The translations under genes were made by a program, and so were the position numbers. A stretch of DNA of 64,000 nt from Mobula hypostoma (Eukaryota), in assembly GCF_963921235.1 (NCBI RefSeq), contig NC_086097.1:143594001-143658000 (forward strand). Reading direction: 5' to 3'. Within the stretch, counting starts at the first letter, position 1. The number at the start of each line of letters is the position of its first letter. This document shows, in pieces, positions 37,606 to 50,800 of the stretch. The notes beneath the pieces are model-generated. The model was not told the origin of the DNA, made no database searches, and worked only from the letters and a program-made list of their open reading frames with translations.

Positions 37606-39661
37606 TGAAATATACCTGCTGTAGTGGATTTTATTATCAACTGTTAAAGAGTGACTGAGATTGTTGGATGGCTAACTCAATAAGTACTGTGCTATTTAAT
37701 GGAACACTCTCTGGGTTGTAGCAGGGCCTTCTGGACCTGTCCGCAGAGAGGCCTTTGGAATAAGCAGATAAGTGAGTCTGTTATGTTCCTTGTTCACAAG
37801 GTTACAAAAGGACCCAGACACCAAACCTGCCAGACATGAAAGTTGTTCAAAGAAAATCTTCCTCCAAATAAGTTCTTGTAGATGTCCACTGATTTTCACT
37901 TTTGCAGCAATATTCCAGAATTTGTTTGAATATAGTATTTGACTGAGTTTAATGAGAAAATTATGTCATTATACCAAAGTGCATAAGTTAGCTGCTATAT
38001 TATTTTCTGGCTTTGTTCAAATATATTTGTAAGTTATTAAAAGTGAAACATATATTTCAGAAACACCAATTTATTCATTAATAGCTAAAACTACATCTAT
38101 AAAAACTTGAACTAATGAAAAATAATAAAGTAATTAAACAATTTTTTAAAAGATTAGCTCATTTTTCCATGAAATGTTTACCCAACAACGCCATTACAAC
38201 CAGTGGTGTCTCAGAACTGTGCCAGCCCATCCATGACACACAATATGCAGCAAAATAATTAAAAGATTCAGCAAAACAAGAGAGTCTGATGGTGGGGCCA
38301 GCCAGCCGATTCAGGCATCAATCTGGCCCAATGACACAGCATCCTTTAGTGGAGAATTCAAATTATTCCTGATTCTCTAAGAGGAGAAGTTCTTCATTAC
38401 ATAAGTTTCAAGTGACCCATCCCTCAATCTGACACGATGCTCCTGGTGTAGAAATCCCAATCGTGGGAAATGTCCTTATAGTATCTACCCTATCTAGCGT
38501 ACTCACAAACACTAGCAGCATTGCCTTTGCTAGAAACTAGATTTAACCCTCATTTATTGCACTGGATGCCTGCTGCTTTTAACCCTAACCACCAGTCAAG
38601 GGACATCAAAAAATAAAGAAGCAATTGGGAAAATGTCGCCATTTAAATAATCACTAGGGTGACTTTCAACCTGCTTGTTAAACTGAAGCACAAGCTGTGT
38701 GATTGCCAGAGGCAGATGTCTGCAGCTGGATGAAGTGATCTTTAACGTTATAAAGTATGGATGGAGAATAACAACCTGAAATAATTATCTCTGTTTCATC
38801 AACAGCACAGCAATGCTGCTGGATGAGAAGATGGAGGTTGGGAAAATGGGCCTTTTGCATAGACCATTTCCTCTCACCCACAGCTGGGAAAATATTCCAG
38901 TCATGTAAAATATGCATATTCAATAAGTTCTTAACCTCTAATGAAGTCTATCTCAGAGTGTACAGACTGAAGCATGTAAATTCAGACAAGATGTGTGTGA
39001 GTTGTACAAAGGCTCTTCACAATCTCTGGAACTTTCTGTACATATTATGGCAACTCAGAAAACCAATTAGTCATATAACGCCATCCTTAATTGGATGGCA
39101 CCTTAAACCAAAAAATATTGACCAGTGACAATATTCACTCTAGGGCCAACATCTCAGCCACTTTGCCCCTAGTTAACCTTATTCAGCCTCTTTGTGCACA
39201 CTTCAGTGTTGGTTTGCTACATCAGACTTCTTAAAGCAGACACTTGCTTGAGCAATTTTACTGAATAGAGGGACTAAAGAAAAAAAAAACACAAGGATGT
39301 GTTCAGAACTTCCTTGAAAAGTGCAAATCTCCACTGATTCCTGGGAGTTCCTGCTCAGAAATGGAGAGGAAGCATGTAGAAAGGTATTGATAATATTAAG
39401 CATTGGGAGAACAGGGAGATCTGGGTCCAGCAAAAAAAAAATCCATCTCCCATGCTATCAGCCACCTTCTGCCCCTTCTAAGGAAATGTCTATGGTTATT
39501 ACAACAAACATCCGCTGAAGGAACTCAGAAGGTTAAGCAGCAACTGTGGGAGAAAAGTAATTGTTGTCATTTTGGTTCAAAATGCTGCATCAGGCCGAGA
39601 GTGGAGAGGTGAGATGGCCAGTGGCGACAAAGGAGTCTGAGGTGACTGGTGGACTGAGGAG

Positions 39662-40205
39662 AACATAGAACATAGAAATCTACAGCACATTACAGGCCCT
39701 TCAGCCCACAATGTTGTGCTGACCATGTAACCTACTCTAGAAGCTGCCTAAAATTACTTTACCCCATAGCCCTCTATTTTTCGAAGATCCATGTACTATC
39801 TAAGAGTCTCTTAAAAGACCCTATTGTATCCACCTCTACTACCATCGCTGGCACCCACCACTCTCTGTGTGAAAAACTTATCCTTGACATCCCCTCTGTA
39901 CCTACTTCCAAGCACCTGAAAGCTATGCCCCCTCATGTTAGCCATTTCATCCCTGGGAAAAAGCCTCTGGCTATCCACACAATCAATGCCTCTCATCATC
40001 TTACACACCTCTATCAGGTCACCTCTCATCCTCTGTTGCTCCAAGGAGAAAAAGCCAAATACACTCAATCTATTCTCATAAGCCATGCTCTCCAATCCAG
40101 GTAACATCCTTGTAAATCTCCTCTGCACTCTCTCTATAGCATCCACATCCCTCCTGTAGTGAGGTGACCGCAACTGAACACAGTACTCCAAGTGGGGTCT
40201 GACCA
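39662..40205 (-). mobile_element. CR1 3' fragment nested in a Penelope-like tail (about 39505-40400)
   Basis: LVRPHLEYCVQ...ERVQRRFTRMLPG; purine-rich Penelope-like tail continues on both sides. Confidence 0.8.
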
Positions 40206-42153
40206 AGGAGAGATGTAAGGTAACAGGCAGAGAGTGCCAGGTTGGAGTGGAGATTGTGGTTGGAGCTGAGAGAGAATGGCAGGTGGATGATGGTGGAGGC
40301 AGACAAAGAGATAGAGAGAGAAAATAGAGGGAGGCAGTTGGAACAAGGTGGAGGGAAGGGAATGTGAATATTGGAAACAACCACTAGAGGGAGCTAAGCA
40401 GGAATGCGAAGGTTGGAGTTCAGCATCCACAGGCTCTCTTGGCTATCAGATTGGCCTTCAACTACAAGAAAAAATTCCAGGTAAACATTGACCCATTGGA
40501 TGGTGATATAGTTTTGGGGAACAAAGAAATGGCAGAGGAGTTAAAGCAAATATTTTACATTTATGTTTACGGTAGAAGGTATTTTGAACATCTCATTAAT
40601 ATCAAACATTATCAGGGAGGAATTAAACACCCTCACTGTTACCAGAGAATTGGCATTAGGCTAGCTAGTGGGGGCGAGGGGGGCTCCTAAGACCCTTGGT
40701 CTGGATAGCTTGCATCCAAGGATCTTAAAAAAAGTAGTTGCCAAGATATAGGATGAAACTGCTTAGGTTCTGGATAAGTGCCAGAGGACTGGAAAACTGC
40801 CAGCTGCCTAGTGGGTAACTACTGCCTAGCATCTATTGTTGGAAAATGTTTCTCCATTATTAAAGAAGTAACAGGAACACAGTTGAAAAAAATCATTATC
40901 CATTCAAGCACATTCGGCAGGATTTCATGGAGGAGAAATTATGTCTGACAAATTTATCAGAGATTTGTTATAAGTTCACAGAGGCACAAAGATAGAGAAT
41001 GGAAACAGGCCAAGTGGCCCACCATATCCAAGCCAATGTTGGGGATGTTAGAGCAATTTTAGCACATCCAGCAAATGACTTCAACCACCAATCTTCAAAT
41101 CTGAATATGGACTGTAGATTTAATTAAAAATGCAGCTTTGAACAATAGGTTTCTAAAGACCTTGAATCACAGACCAGACAATGCTGATTAAAATTCATTT
41201 AGGTGGACATGGTGTGGGTGTGAATCAGGAGGTGTGAAGTTTGAGTGTAGTTTCAAAGAAAGCATTGTGAATACATCGGAAATATGGGATTGTCCTTTGA
41301 TGTTCAGCACATAAAATATAGGGTAGCGTGGGCCAACCAGACCTTTTCCAACTGAAGCATCTCAATATGATGCCTACTGTATCTTATTTTGTCAAATAAA
41401 GAGGCTGCTTCATATCTACCAGTAGCTTTCTCCAATGACTTCATTCACACAACAGTAGCAGATCCTTCTGCACTAGTCCCATCTCCCAGCAGAAATGGGC
41501 TAAGCGCTAGGGGATGTGACAACTGAGCACCGAGAGACTTGTTAATGCTGTCAGCAATGCTGCTTCAACCACTATCTTGGACGGTACATTTGATGCATTC
41601 ACTGCTCATGAGAGAGGTCCTTCTCAACTCCCCCTAAAGCACTTTCCCCTTGCACTAAATCTACATCCTCTTGCCTTGTCTGTCTTTGATATGGTGAAAG
41701 GTTCCCTGCAATTTATCTGTCTATATCCCTCAATTCTAAATATGTCAACAATGGTCCCTTTTAACCTCCACTGCAGCAGGGAGTACAAACCAACTGTGGC
41801 CAATTTCTATTCTCTGAATCCACCATCTCCGTTAACACAGTAGCAATCTCTTTCCTGCTTCCCAGAGTAGCTTGGTATATATCCTGTTCAGCCATTGGGA
41901 TTTATCTACCTTTAAATCTACGAAGGCAATGAGTACTTTGTTCCATATTTAACATATTGGCCCTTTGGACCCTTTTTAACTCTTTCCTATCTCACTTTAA
42001 ATTAATGCCGTCTATTCTGGGGAAAAGACTGTGACCACCGTCTTATTTCTGCCTCTCAAGAGTTTATGAACATCTACAAGGCCATCGTTCAGCCTTCATT
42101 TTCGGAGCCTATCAAGGCTGACTATTTAACTCAAGCACAGTCAGGATTCAACT

Positions 42154-43422
42154 ACTTCCGGTTAAGATGGCGTCTGGTTCAATGCTCCTTCGGTCAACAT
42201 CTTCTGGATAGATCATGAAACCAAATATTTCACTTCTTTTACTATATGTTTTTAATGCTTGTTTTTCATCTTGAATGTGACTCTAGAACTGTTGGAGCCT
42301 GTGATTTGGAGATCATTTGGGTGTTACAGCACTGAGGTCTCTTAGAGGAATCCTGGAGGCAGAGACAGAGTGTGGGACCCTTGTGGTGAAAAGGCTGTGG
42401 GACGGGGCATGTTCGTCTCCATTTCACCAACTAAAGATTCCATTGTTTGCCGAATAAAACGACAAGGGAGATTGAAACATCGAGGCGAATACCAAAGATG
42501 AGCATCAGCAGCCTGGCTTTTTATCGCAGGGGGGAGACTCCCTTTTTATTGGCGGTGTGAATGCTCTGCCATACACGGGGAGACTGCCTTTTTATTGCTG
42601 GTGAGAGTGCTCTGCTGCGGATAAGGAGAGGCCTGCTGTTACACCCAGAGAACGTTACCCAGGGAACGTTACCCAGTGTTTCTGCATTTTAGATATGGAC
42701 TTGGACTATAGACGTTTTTCAGTCTTATAGTTTTCTTATATTCTGTGTTTTTTTGCCCAGTCTATCACTTTTTTGTGTGTGCAGGGGAGGGGGATTTGGG
42801 TGTTGATCTGTCTGTTCCATTTTTGTTCATTTTTGTGTACGAGGAGGAGGATTTGGGGGTCAATGTACCTGTTCTGTTTTTGTTTTTGTGCGGGGAGGAG
42901 GGTCTGGGGGTCGATGTACCTGTTCTGTTTTTGTTTTTGTGTGGGGAGGAGGGTCTGGGGGTCGATGTACCTGTTCTGTTTTTGTTTTTGTGCGGGGAGG
43001 AGGGTCTGGGGGTCGATGTACCTGTTCTGTTTTTGTTTTTGTGCGGGGAGGAGGGTCTGGGGGTCAATGTACCTGTTCTGTTTTTGTTTTTGTGCGGGGA
43101 GGAGGGTCTGGGGGTCAATGTACCTGTTCTGTTTTTGTTTTTGTGCGGGGAGGAGGGTCTGGGGGTCAATGTACCTGTTCTGTTTTTGTTTTTGTGCGGG
43201 GAGGAGGGTCTGGGGGTCAATGTACCTGTTCTGTTTTTGTTTTTGTGCGGGGAGGAGGGTCTGGGGGTCAATGTACCTGTTCTGTTTTTGTTTTTGTGCG
43301 GGGAGGAGGGTCTGGGGGTTGATGATCATGTTGCCGTTCTTTTCTTTCTTGGTTTTCTGGCTATCTGGAGAAGAAGTATTTCAGAGTTGTATACTTTAAT
43401 AATAAATGAACCTTTGAACCTT
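42154..43422 (+). mobile_element. Non-autonomous non-coding retroelement containing a minisatellite
   Basis: Starts ACTTCCGGTTAAGATGGCG, ends AATAAA-(TGAACCTT)2; flanked by degenerate minus-strand CR1 sequence. Confidence 0.65.
42865..43323. repeat. 51-bp minisatellite, 9 near-perfect units plus 2 degenerate upstream units
   Basis: Unit GTACCTGTTCTGTTTTTGTTTTTGTGCGGGGAGGAGGGTCTGGGGGTC(A/G)AT; 17-aa periodicity in the ORF track. Confidence 0.97.
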
Positions 43423-43429
43423 TGGAGCC

Positions 43430-44890
43430 TTTCAGATTCTGTGAATCTTTACTGTTGAATCACATCTGTCCTGCAGTATGTGATGAGAATTGCATACAAT
43501 ACTCCAAGAGCGGTCTCATCAATGTACACCTATAACGAGGTCCCAGTTCTTTTCCAGAGTGCTCTGGCAAATGAAGGCAAACATACCATACAGCTTTTTT
43601 CACTGCTCTGTCCAACTGTATTACTACTTTGAGGGAATCCCTAGTACTTCCTGATCTCTCTGTTCTACAACATTTTCCAGAGTGCTGTCATTTACTGTGT
43701 AGTTCCTGCCATGGTTTAACTGACCAAAAAATTCAACACTTCACACTTGTCTGAATTAAACTCCCTCTGCTATTCATTGTCCCACTTTCTCACTTGATCA
43801 GGTTCCTATTGTAACCTTAGATAACCTTTTTCACAATCCACCATACCACCCAGCTTAGTGTTATCTGTAAACTTATTAAACATACCACCCATGTGCTCAT
43901 CCAAATCTATAAATATGACAAATGACAGGGGATCACACTGATCTCAGTGGCACATAATGATCACAGACCTTCAATCTGAAATACAACCTCTCCACTACTA
44001 CCCACTGACTCCTCTGAGCAAACCAATTTTGTATTTACTTGGCCAGTGAACTAACCTTTTAGCTCTTCTAGTCTACTATGAGGGACCTTGTCAAAAGCAT
44101 TGCTAAAGTGCATGTAGACAATGTCTGCTGGCCTGCCTTTTCCAATCCTCTTGGTCACCTCTTCAAATAAAAACACAATCAAATTTGTGAGACACAATTT
44201 CCCATGCACGAAGCCATGCTGGACAACCTAATCACTTGAATGAAAGGAAACAAATGTATATCATCTAAATTTGTAGAAAACACAAAACTTGTGGGAGGCA
44301 AATTGTGAAAAGGACATTGGGTTAAGATGAATTAATCTGGGTTTCACAATACTTTTGGTGGTTCTAGACTGGAAGAGGTAGTTGTGTTCAGTTCTGGTTG
44401 CACCTATATAAGAAAGATATGGAAGTTTTAGAGAAAGTGCAGAGGAGATTTTCCAGTGTGCTTCCTGGATTAGAGGAAGTGTCTTATGAGGAGAAGTTGG
44501 GTGAATTAGGGTTTTTCTCTTCAGAGTAAGGAGGACGAGGATGAGACTTGATAGAGGTGTATAGGATAATTAGAGGCAAAGACAGAGTGAACAGTCAGAT
44601 AGCTTTTTCCCAGACCATAGCCAATATAGGTACTTTTCTGGTGACAGGAGGAAATTATAAGGGGGATGTTGGAGTTTTTACACAGAGTGTCATGGGTGTA
44701 TGGAATGCACTGCCTGGCATGGGGTAGAGGCAGATACATTAGAGACATTTATGAGACTCTTAGATAGACACACGGATGAATGAAAAGTGGAGGGCTATGT
44801 GGGAGAAAAGGGTTAGATTGATCTTGGGGAAGGTTAAAATGTCAGCACTACATCATGGGATTGTGCTGCACTGCTCAATGTTCTATGTAA
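43430..44890. mobile_element. Degenerate CR1 fragments (- strand about 43430-44240, + strand about 44375-44890)
   Basis: GGGACCTTGTCAAAAGCATTGCTAAAGTGCATGTAGAC (RT DFSxAFDKV region, minus) and GTTCAGTTCTGG...GTGCAGAGGAGATTT (plus). Confidence 0.7.
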
Positions 44891-47158
44891 TTCTTTTAAT
44901 ACTCCAGTGCATTACAAATTCAATTTTACATGGTAGAACAATACAGTAACACAAATTTAAAAGGCAGCATGGGAATCAAGACTTCGTTAAATTTAAAAGC
45001 AACATAGGGATTTGAATGATGTTAGTTTAGAGGCAGTGCAGCCAACAGAACCATACAAATTTGAAGGGACTGTGGGAACGAGGGTTCAGGTGAGTGGGTG
45101 GGCGGTGAAGTACAGACATGGAGGCATTGGTGAACAACTGGGGAGGATCGCAAGCATTACCGGTTTAGCCAAATGCTGGACCATCAATTCTGAATTTTCT
45201 TACAGTGGATTATTGAAGTTTTATTGCAAACAGTTTACAGAGAAAGATTGATGGGTTAATATAATGGGGACTGAAAGTTGGTGAATAGAGCAGATAGTGC
45301 AAAAAATGAAATTGTTCATTTTGGAAGGAATAGGATCATTTAACTGGAGAAAACAACAACACAAAGGGTTTTGTGGACCTTTGACTGAATGCCAGCACAA
45401 TACAGGTACTAGGAAAAGTTAGCAAAATATTTTATTTTAAGTCTCTGACCCAAGACATTAACCTGCTTCTTTTTCCACAAATAGTGTCTGATCTGCTGAG
45501 GGCTTTCAGAATTGTTTTTATTTTTGATTCTCAACCTCAAAAAATATTCGTTTCTTTTTTCTTATTTTAAAGAGGTTGGTGAAGTACTCTGAATAGGTTT
45601 GTTGACCTTATTTAAGGAAGGACGTTTGTTTTAATAGGAGGCCATTCAGTGAAGGTTCATTATGATGATCCCAGATGTAGACTGTTCATTTCTATACAAA
45701 AATACAATCCACCTTGTCCCTCATTGAATATTTTGATGCAGATGAATATTCTTGTTACCATGCATTCAAACCACATTTGTCCCTGCATTTCTGGTTGCAA
45801 GCAAGAAATGTGATGCAATGTTTTACTGGGCCTTGGTTCAAATAATCTCGAAGGTCAACCACATACGTAACCTTGATAAACTGCCCGCAGATGTATTTTG
45901 ACTCTGGGTTTCTTTCCTGAGGAACACCACAGAAGCTGACATCCTGCCATAGTAACTTAGGATCATGGAGACTTCAAAGAAACAATTGTTGGCGGGTACA
46001 TGCGCTCCCTTCAGGTTTGGTCTACTTTTAAGTTTTTTTGGTGTTGGAGGATGATTTGTCACTGCCTCCAACAAATTCATGTACAGTCGCTCACTCTGGG
46101 TTCACGCTTTAGCTTTGTGGACTGACCAGGTTCAACCTAAATCCAAATGTTACATTATTAGAATTCTAATTGCCATGTACACCCAACAGCTGGGTGAATC
46201 CATGTGCCAGGAACAGCAGTTGTTCCTTCCCTATCCTACCTGAGTTGACCTGATGGAACAGGTTGAGAAAATCAATAGAAAGCCTTTGCATCACTTCTCT
46301 GACCAATATGCAAACGAAGCTCATATTTTGAAAAGAGCAAACACAACCCAATTAGCAATATGTTGAATATCAAATTAGTTTGCTTTTAAAGGTGGCATTA
46401 ATAAGAATATTAATTAGGACACCAGAAGAGCATCTTTCTCTTGTTCATGCTAGACTCCATAGTCTCAAGTGTTGGCTATAGATAGTTACAGTATTCTGAC
46501 CTCTTCATTAGAGTGCAATGAGCTCAAATTCTACACCATTGGCTTAAGTATGTAAACGATAATGAGCTACAGTATGGCAAGGAGGAATAACTAAAGGTGT
46601 CATATTTTGGATAAAACCCTCTCTAGTCAATGCATAAGATCAGCTAGTACTAATTTGAAGAGGAGGAGAAATGTTCCAGTGACTGGATTACTATGTGCTC
46701 CCAGTGCAACATTGTAAAGTGTTATTTCATTGATATTGTGGAACTTGACATTGAGTAAATTGCCATGTTTTGTATGTTATTACAGAGATTGCATTTCAAA
46801 AGCAATTAATTTTCTGTGTGGAAAAACATGAAATAGTGTTTTACAAGCTTTATATCATACAATATCCTTTATATCTTTACAGACCTTAATCATCTTTAGA
46901 CCCTTGATGCATCTAAGAACTTATTTGCAATTGTGGCTACCACTGTGTACCACCTTCTTATTTCGAAACCCAAAGCTACCCTTACAGGTATGTTTGTGCT
47001 CTTTGTCTGCTGTTACGTGAGACTTGTGTGACCAGCTGGTTTTGTTTTACCATTTGGCCCTCTTTTAACCTGTGAAGATTATCGGGCTCCCTCCTGTTTG
47101 AGAGTGTTTTTTAATTGAACATATTTATCTTTGGCACTTGATCAATTACCTATTTGTT

Positions 47159-47842
47159 TGTAGCCCCCTGGTAATCCTCAGGCTCGCTCAGCTCGCTTTT
47201 ATCTAGGGGAAGCAGCCTTCGGCCCCACCAGACTGGGTAATCAAGTTTGTGTGGATGCTGTGTGATGTATCCCACCCCGCCAAATAACAGACAATACACC
47301 ATATGCGATTAAATGATTACGATTTATAGATATTACTGGAACTATATAATTAATAGAGATAAAATATAAAAGGAAAGTAAAAGGCGCCAAACTTATCAAA
47401 GTTCAACCGCCGTGCACAGTTGGAGCTCTAGTAACGAGGTCGGCTTTCCACCATTTGATCCCCTCTGACCACCTCGACCCGCCGCCTGGGACCATCCACG
47501 GTGGTCAACCAGACACTCCACACGAGTCTATCTTCGTCTCCTCTCCTCGCTGAAGACCCTGGACCTCGGACTCCGGCTCGCAGTCCGCCCCGTCGGCCAG
47601 CTCACAGCATCGTGTCCACTCTCTCTCTCCCCATCGCGTCTTCTGCTTAAAAACCCGCACATCACAATAGCTTACAGACACACAAGAAAGAATAACATCT
47701 ATCCCAATTGGTTTGTTTGCTCTCTTATCAATAATATAACCCAAACAAGCTGCTAGTGAGAGAACTTTTCTCAAAAGTTAACATAAGAAAGAAGCCATTT
47801 TAATTAGCCTATGCAGTAACATAAAAGAAGAAACCCCTTACG
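47159..47842 (-). mobile_element. Solo LTR, 684 bp (Gypsy-like)
   Basis: TGTA...TACG termini (terminal CA mutated to CG), 4-bp TSD TGTT at 47155-47158 and 47843-47846. Orientation is inferred. Confidence 0.78.
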
Positions 47843-50800
47843 TGTTGTATTCTGATTATCCAGCATATACTGTATGTAGTGCTTTTTTGTTCAGTCTCTG
47901 TGTGTGAATTATACAATTGCTTAGAGAGTGGTGTATACCTCTAATTACAATTAGAGATATTCAAATTATCAGCTTACTTGAGGCAGAATCTAAGACTGAA
48001 ATACCATCAATGGACTTGACTTTATCAGGTAAGATCCAAATCAGGTACATCTTAGAAAATTGTAGAAAACAGTCCAAATGACCTGAATAATACCTCTCAA
48101 GAAGCTCACATTATTTTGCACAGAAGTACTATCCATCATCCCAAACACCCTAAATGTTCCTCCCTGTCACAATCAGATTTACAGTTTCTTCTTTCACTTG
48201 TGAAGAGAGGCTGACTAGTCTTCCTTTTGGGTTCCCTTAGAGCACAGGGAGCACGTGGGGAACAGGACTGCAGACTGATGAAGGATAATAAGGTGGATTA
48301 GCAGGAATTTCCTTCTCCATAGCAATGTGTTTAAAACCAGAGAGCATAGGTTTAAGATAAGAGATTAAGATGGAATCTGAGGAACATCTTTTTCATCTGG
48401 GGGTGGTTGGAATCTGAAGTGCACCCCCTGAGAGAGCTTTGGAGGTCAAGACTCTTGTAACTCTTTAGATATCTTTAGTACTTACTGCCGTGACATATAA
48501 AAAAACACAGTTACAACACTGTTATACACCACAGCTAGCTACTCTGGTGGATTCTTCCAGACCCTCATCTACAAGGGTCACAGGTTGGAGGATCACCACC
48601 CTCCAAGTCAGAACCCCTTCTGACTTTGATAAATAATGGCATTCCCTTCATCAATGCTGGGTCTAAGACTCTGATATTTCCTGCCCAAATTCATTGTGGG
48701 AATATATTCACCAGAAGGACTGCAATGGTTGAAGATGGTGGCTCGTCAAGGGCAGTAAATGCTGGCCTCGCCAAATCTGCCCACATCCTGAAAAGTGAAT
48801 TTAAAAATTATAGTTCGCACTTTATTACAGTGTTTCGGGTTTTCCACAATGTATCAGTTACCATCTTTTTGAAGGGATGTTAACACAGGTGTCCATCTGC
48901 ATACTTCAATTACAGTGTATGGTCAGAATCAAAGTCAAAGTGGAGTTTATTATCACATGAACAAGTAAATGTATGCACAGGTGCAACAAAGACTTACTGC
49001 AGCAGAGTTACAGGCACATGGTACCATATAAGAAGAAAAATGCAGGCTTTTGTGCCTAACACCTAAAATACTATGGATAATTTGGAAAGTAATTTCTTAG
49101 CTATATATTTGTGGGAATGAGCCACACTTTCTACATTACAATATGAAAGATTATTTTTCCATATTGAAGTGCTTTGGGAGATGTGTAAACACCTGTATTT
49201 CTTTCCTTCATTTGTTTGTTACCTTTATTTGCATAATAGGGCCATTAGATGAGATTTATTGGATCTTTTGCTTACAGAAATCATGGCACCTTATTATTTA
49301 TCTAAAGTATTTTAAGCATTCTACAAATACTTCCCATTTGAACCAGCCCTGGGTTTTAACTGAAAGTTGCAAAATATTTGCATGATAGCAGTCAGACCTT
49401 TTGAACTGTCTCTATCAGGTTGAAATCATCTCTTCACAATATCCACATTACTGCATTTAAAGGAGAGGAATCTCTCTGATTTGCTCCCACATGTATGAAG
49501 CTTGTTCACAGGCAAGAATTGTGCATTATCCCTCTACAGAAAGAGCCCATAGCGTCAAACAGTCGCTCAAGAAGCCTATGTGGAATTTGTCGGGAACGTG
49601 ACAGAATTAGAGAGAAGGCAGAACAGATGTGAGCCAAAACAAAGGTCAATATCCACCAGTGAAAAGCATAATCCTCAGACTAATTTTCAGTCTGCGGCTA
49701 CTGCTGGCAAAACCAGTATTTATTGCCCATTCCTGGTTGCCTTGGGAAGCTAATATTTTTCAAACCTGAAGTCTAGTGGTTAAGGTACTTTCTCATTACT
49801 GCTAGGTAGGGAGTCCTGAGGATTTGGACTTAGCAACAATAAAAGAATGGTATGCATCCAGTTCTAGATGGTTTGAAAGGCACTGCCTAACTCGCATGTC
49901 TGATAGCCTTGTGCTCAGTGGCAAGGATCAAAGGTTTAGGTGGTGCCTTCACAGTAGTCTGGCAGTGGAAGTGGGGATGTTTATGGTGCTGGATCAAGTG
50001 GTCAGGTTTCTCTTGCATGGTGTGGGACTTCTTGAATGTTATTGCAGCTGCACCTAGCCAAGGAGGAGGAGAGTGTTTCACAACACAGCTGGCTTGTAAC
50101 TTGTTGGTAGTGGAAAGGCACTGGGGAGTCAAGAGGTACATTACTTGCTCCACATTATTTATTGCTTAGCTGAGTTCCACATCAAGGTATAGGTAAAAGA
50201 CACACAGATCCTCCCCGGCACAGTTTTAATTGTCCATAAAGTCTAAATCTGAAGGTAAGAAATAGTTTCAATTATAGAATATGTTATGCATGCTGCAGGG
50301 TAATAAGGCAATGCAATGATGGCAATCGTATTTACTGATATTTATTTATAGCTGGCTCTACATTTATATCAGTGCACTTGTAGAATTCACTGTGATGCTG
50401 GGCTGTTCCTTAGGCGCAAAATGAGCTAAAAATCTCAGCTGCATTTGAATGCAAAATTATTCATTGTACATAAAATAAATACAAAGCAACAAATGAACGG
50501 TTGTTTACAAATTACATTGAAGGTAGAGAATGTCATTTGGCTGGAAAGTTTGAGACAAGTACGAAGTTTGATTCTACCATGCACCCACAAACCCAGATTG
50601 GGATAATGAATTTCACTGCCTTCATATCCATTTCTCTTAATGGAGTGCAAATTTATTAATTTACCAGGCTTGCTTGTCAGTAGGGACATGGAGATCTACT
50701 GAATCTTATGAATGGGGTGTCAGTTTGCTATATCAATCTTCCCTGTCGATCACGGAGAGCAGAGCGGTTGATATCTGGCATGAGCTGTCAGAAGGAAGTC

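Noticed and set aside
42736..43458. Five overlapping repetitive ORFs (up to 237 aa) as proteins, or the array as CRISPR
   Set aside because: A by-product of a 51-bp unit that lacks stops in most frames; units are contiguous with no unique spacers; eukaryotic context with no cas genes.
45780..46350. Non-repetitive, coding-looking stretch with an 80-aa minus-strand ORF
   Set aside because: No recognisable homology; the candidate acceptor near 46136 leads to stops in all three frames.
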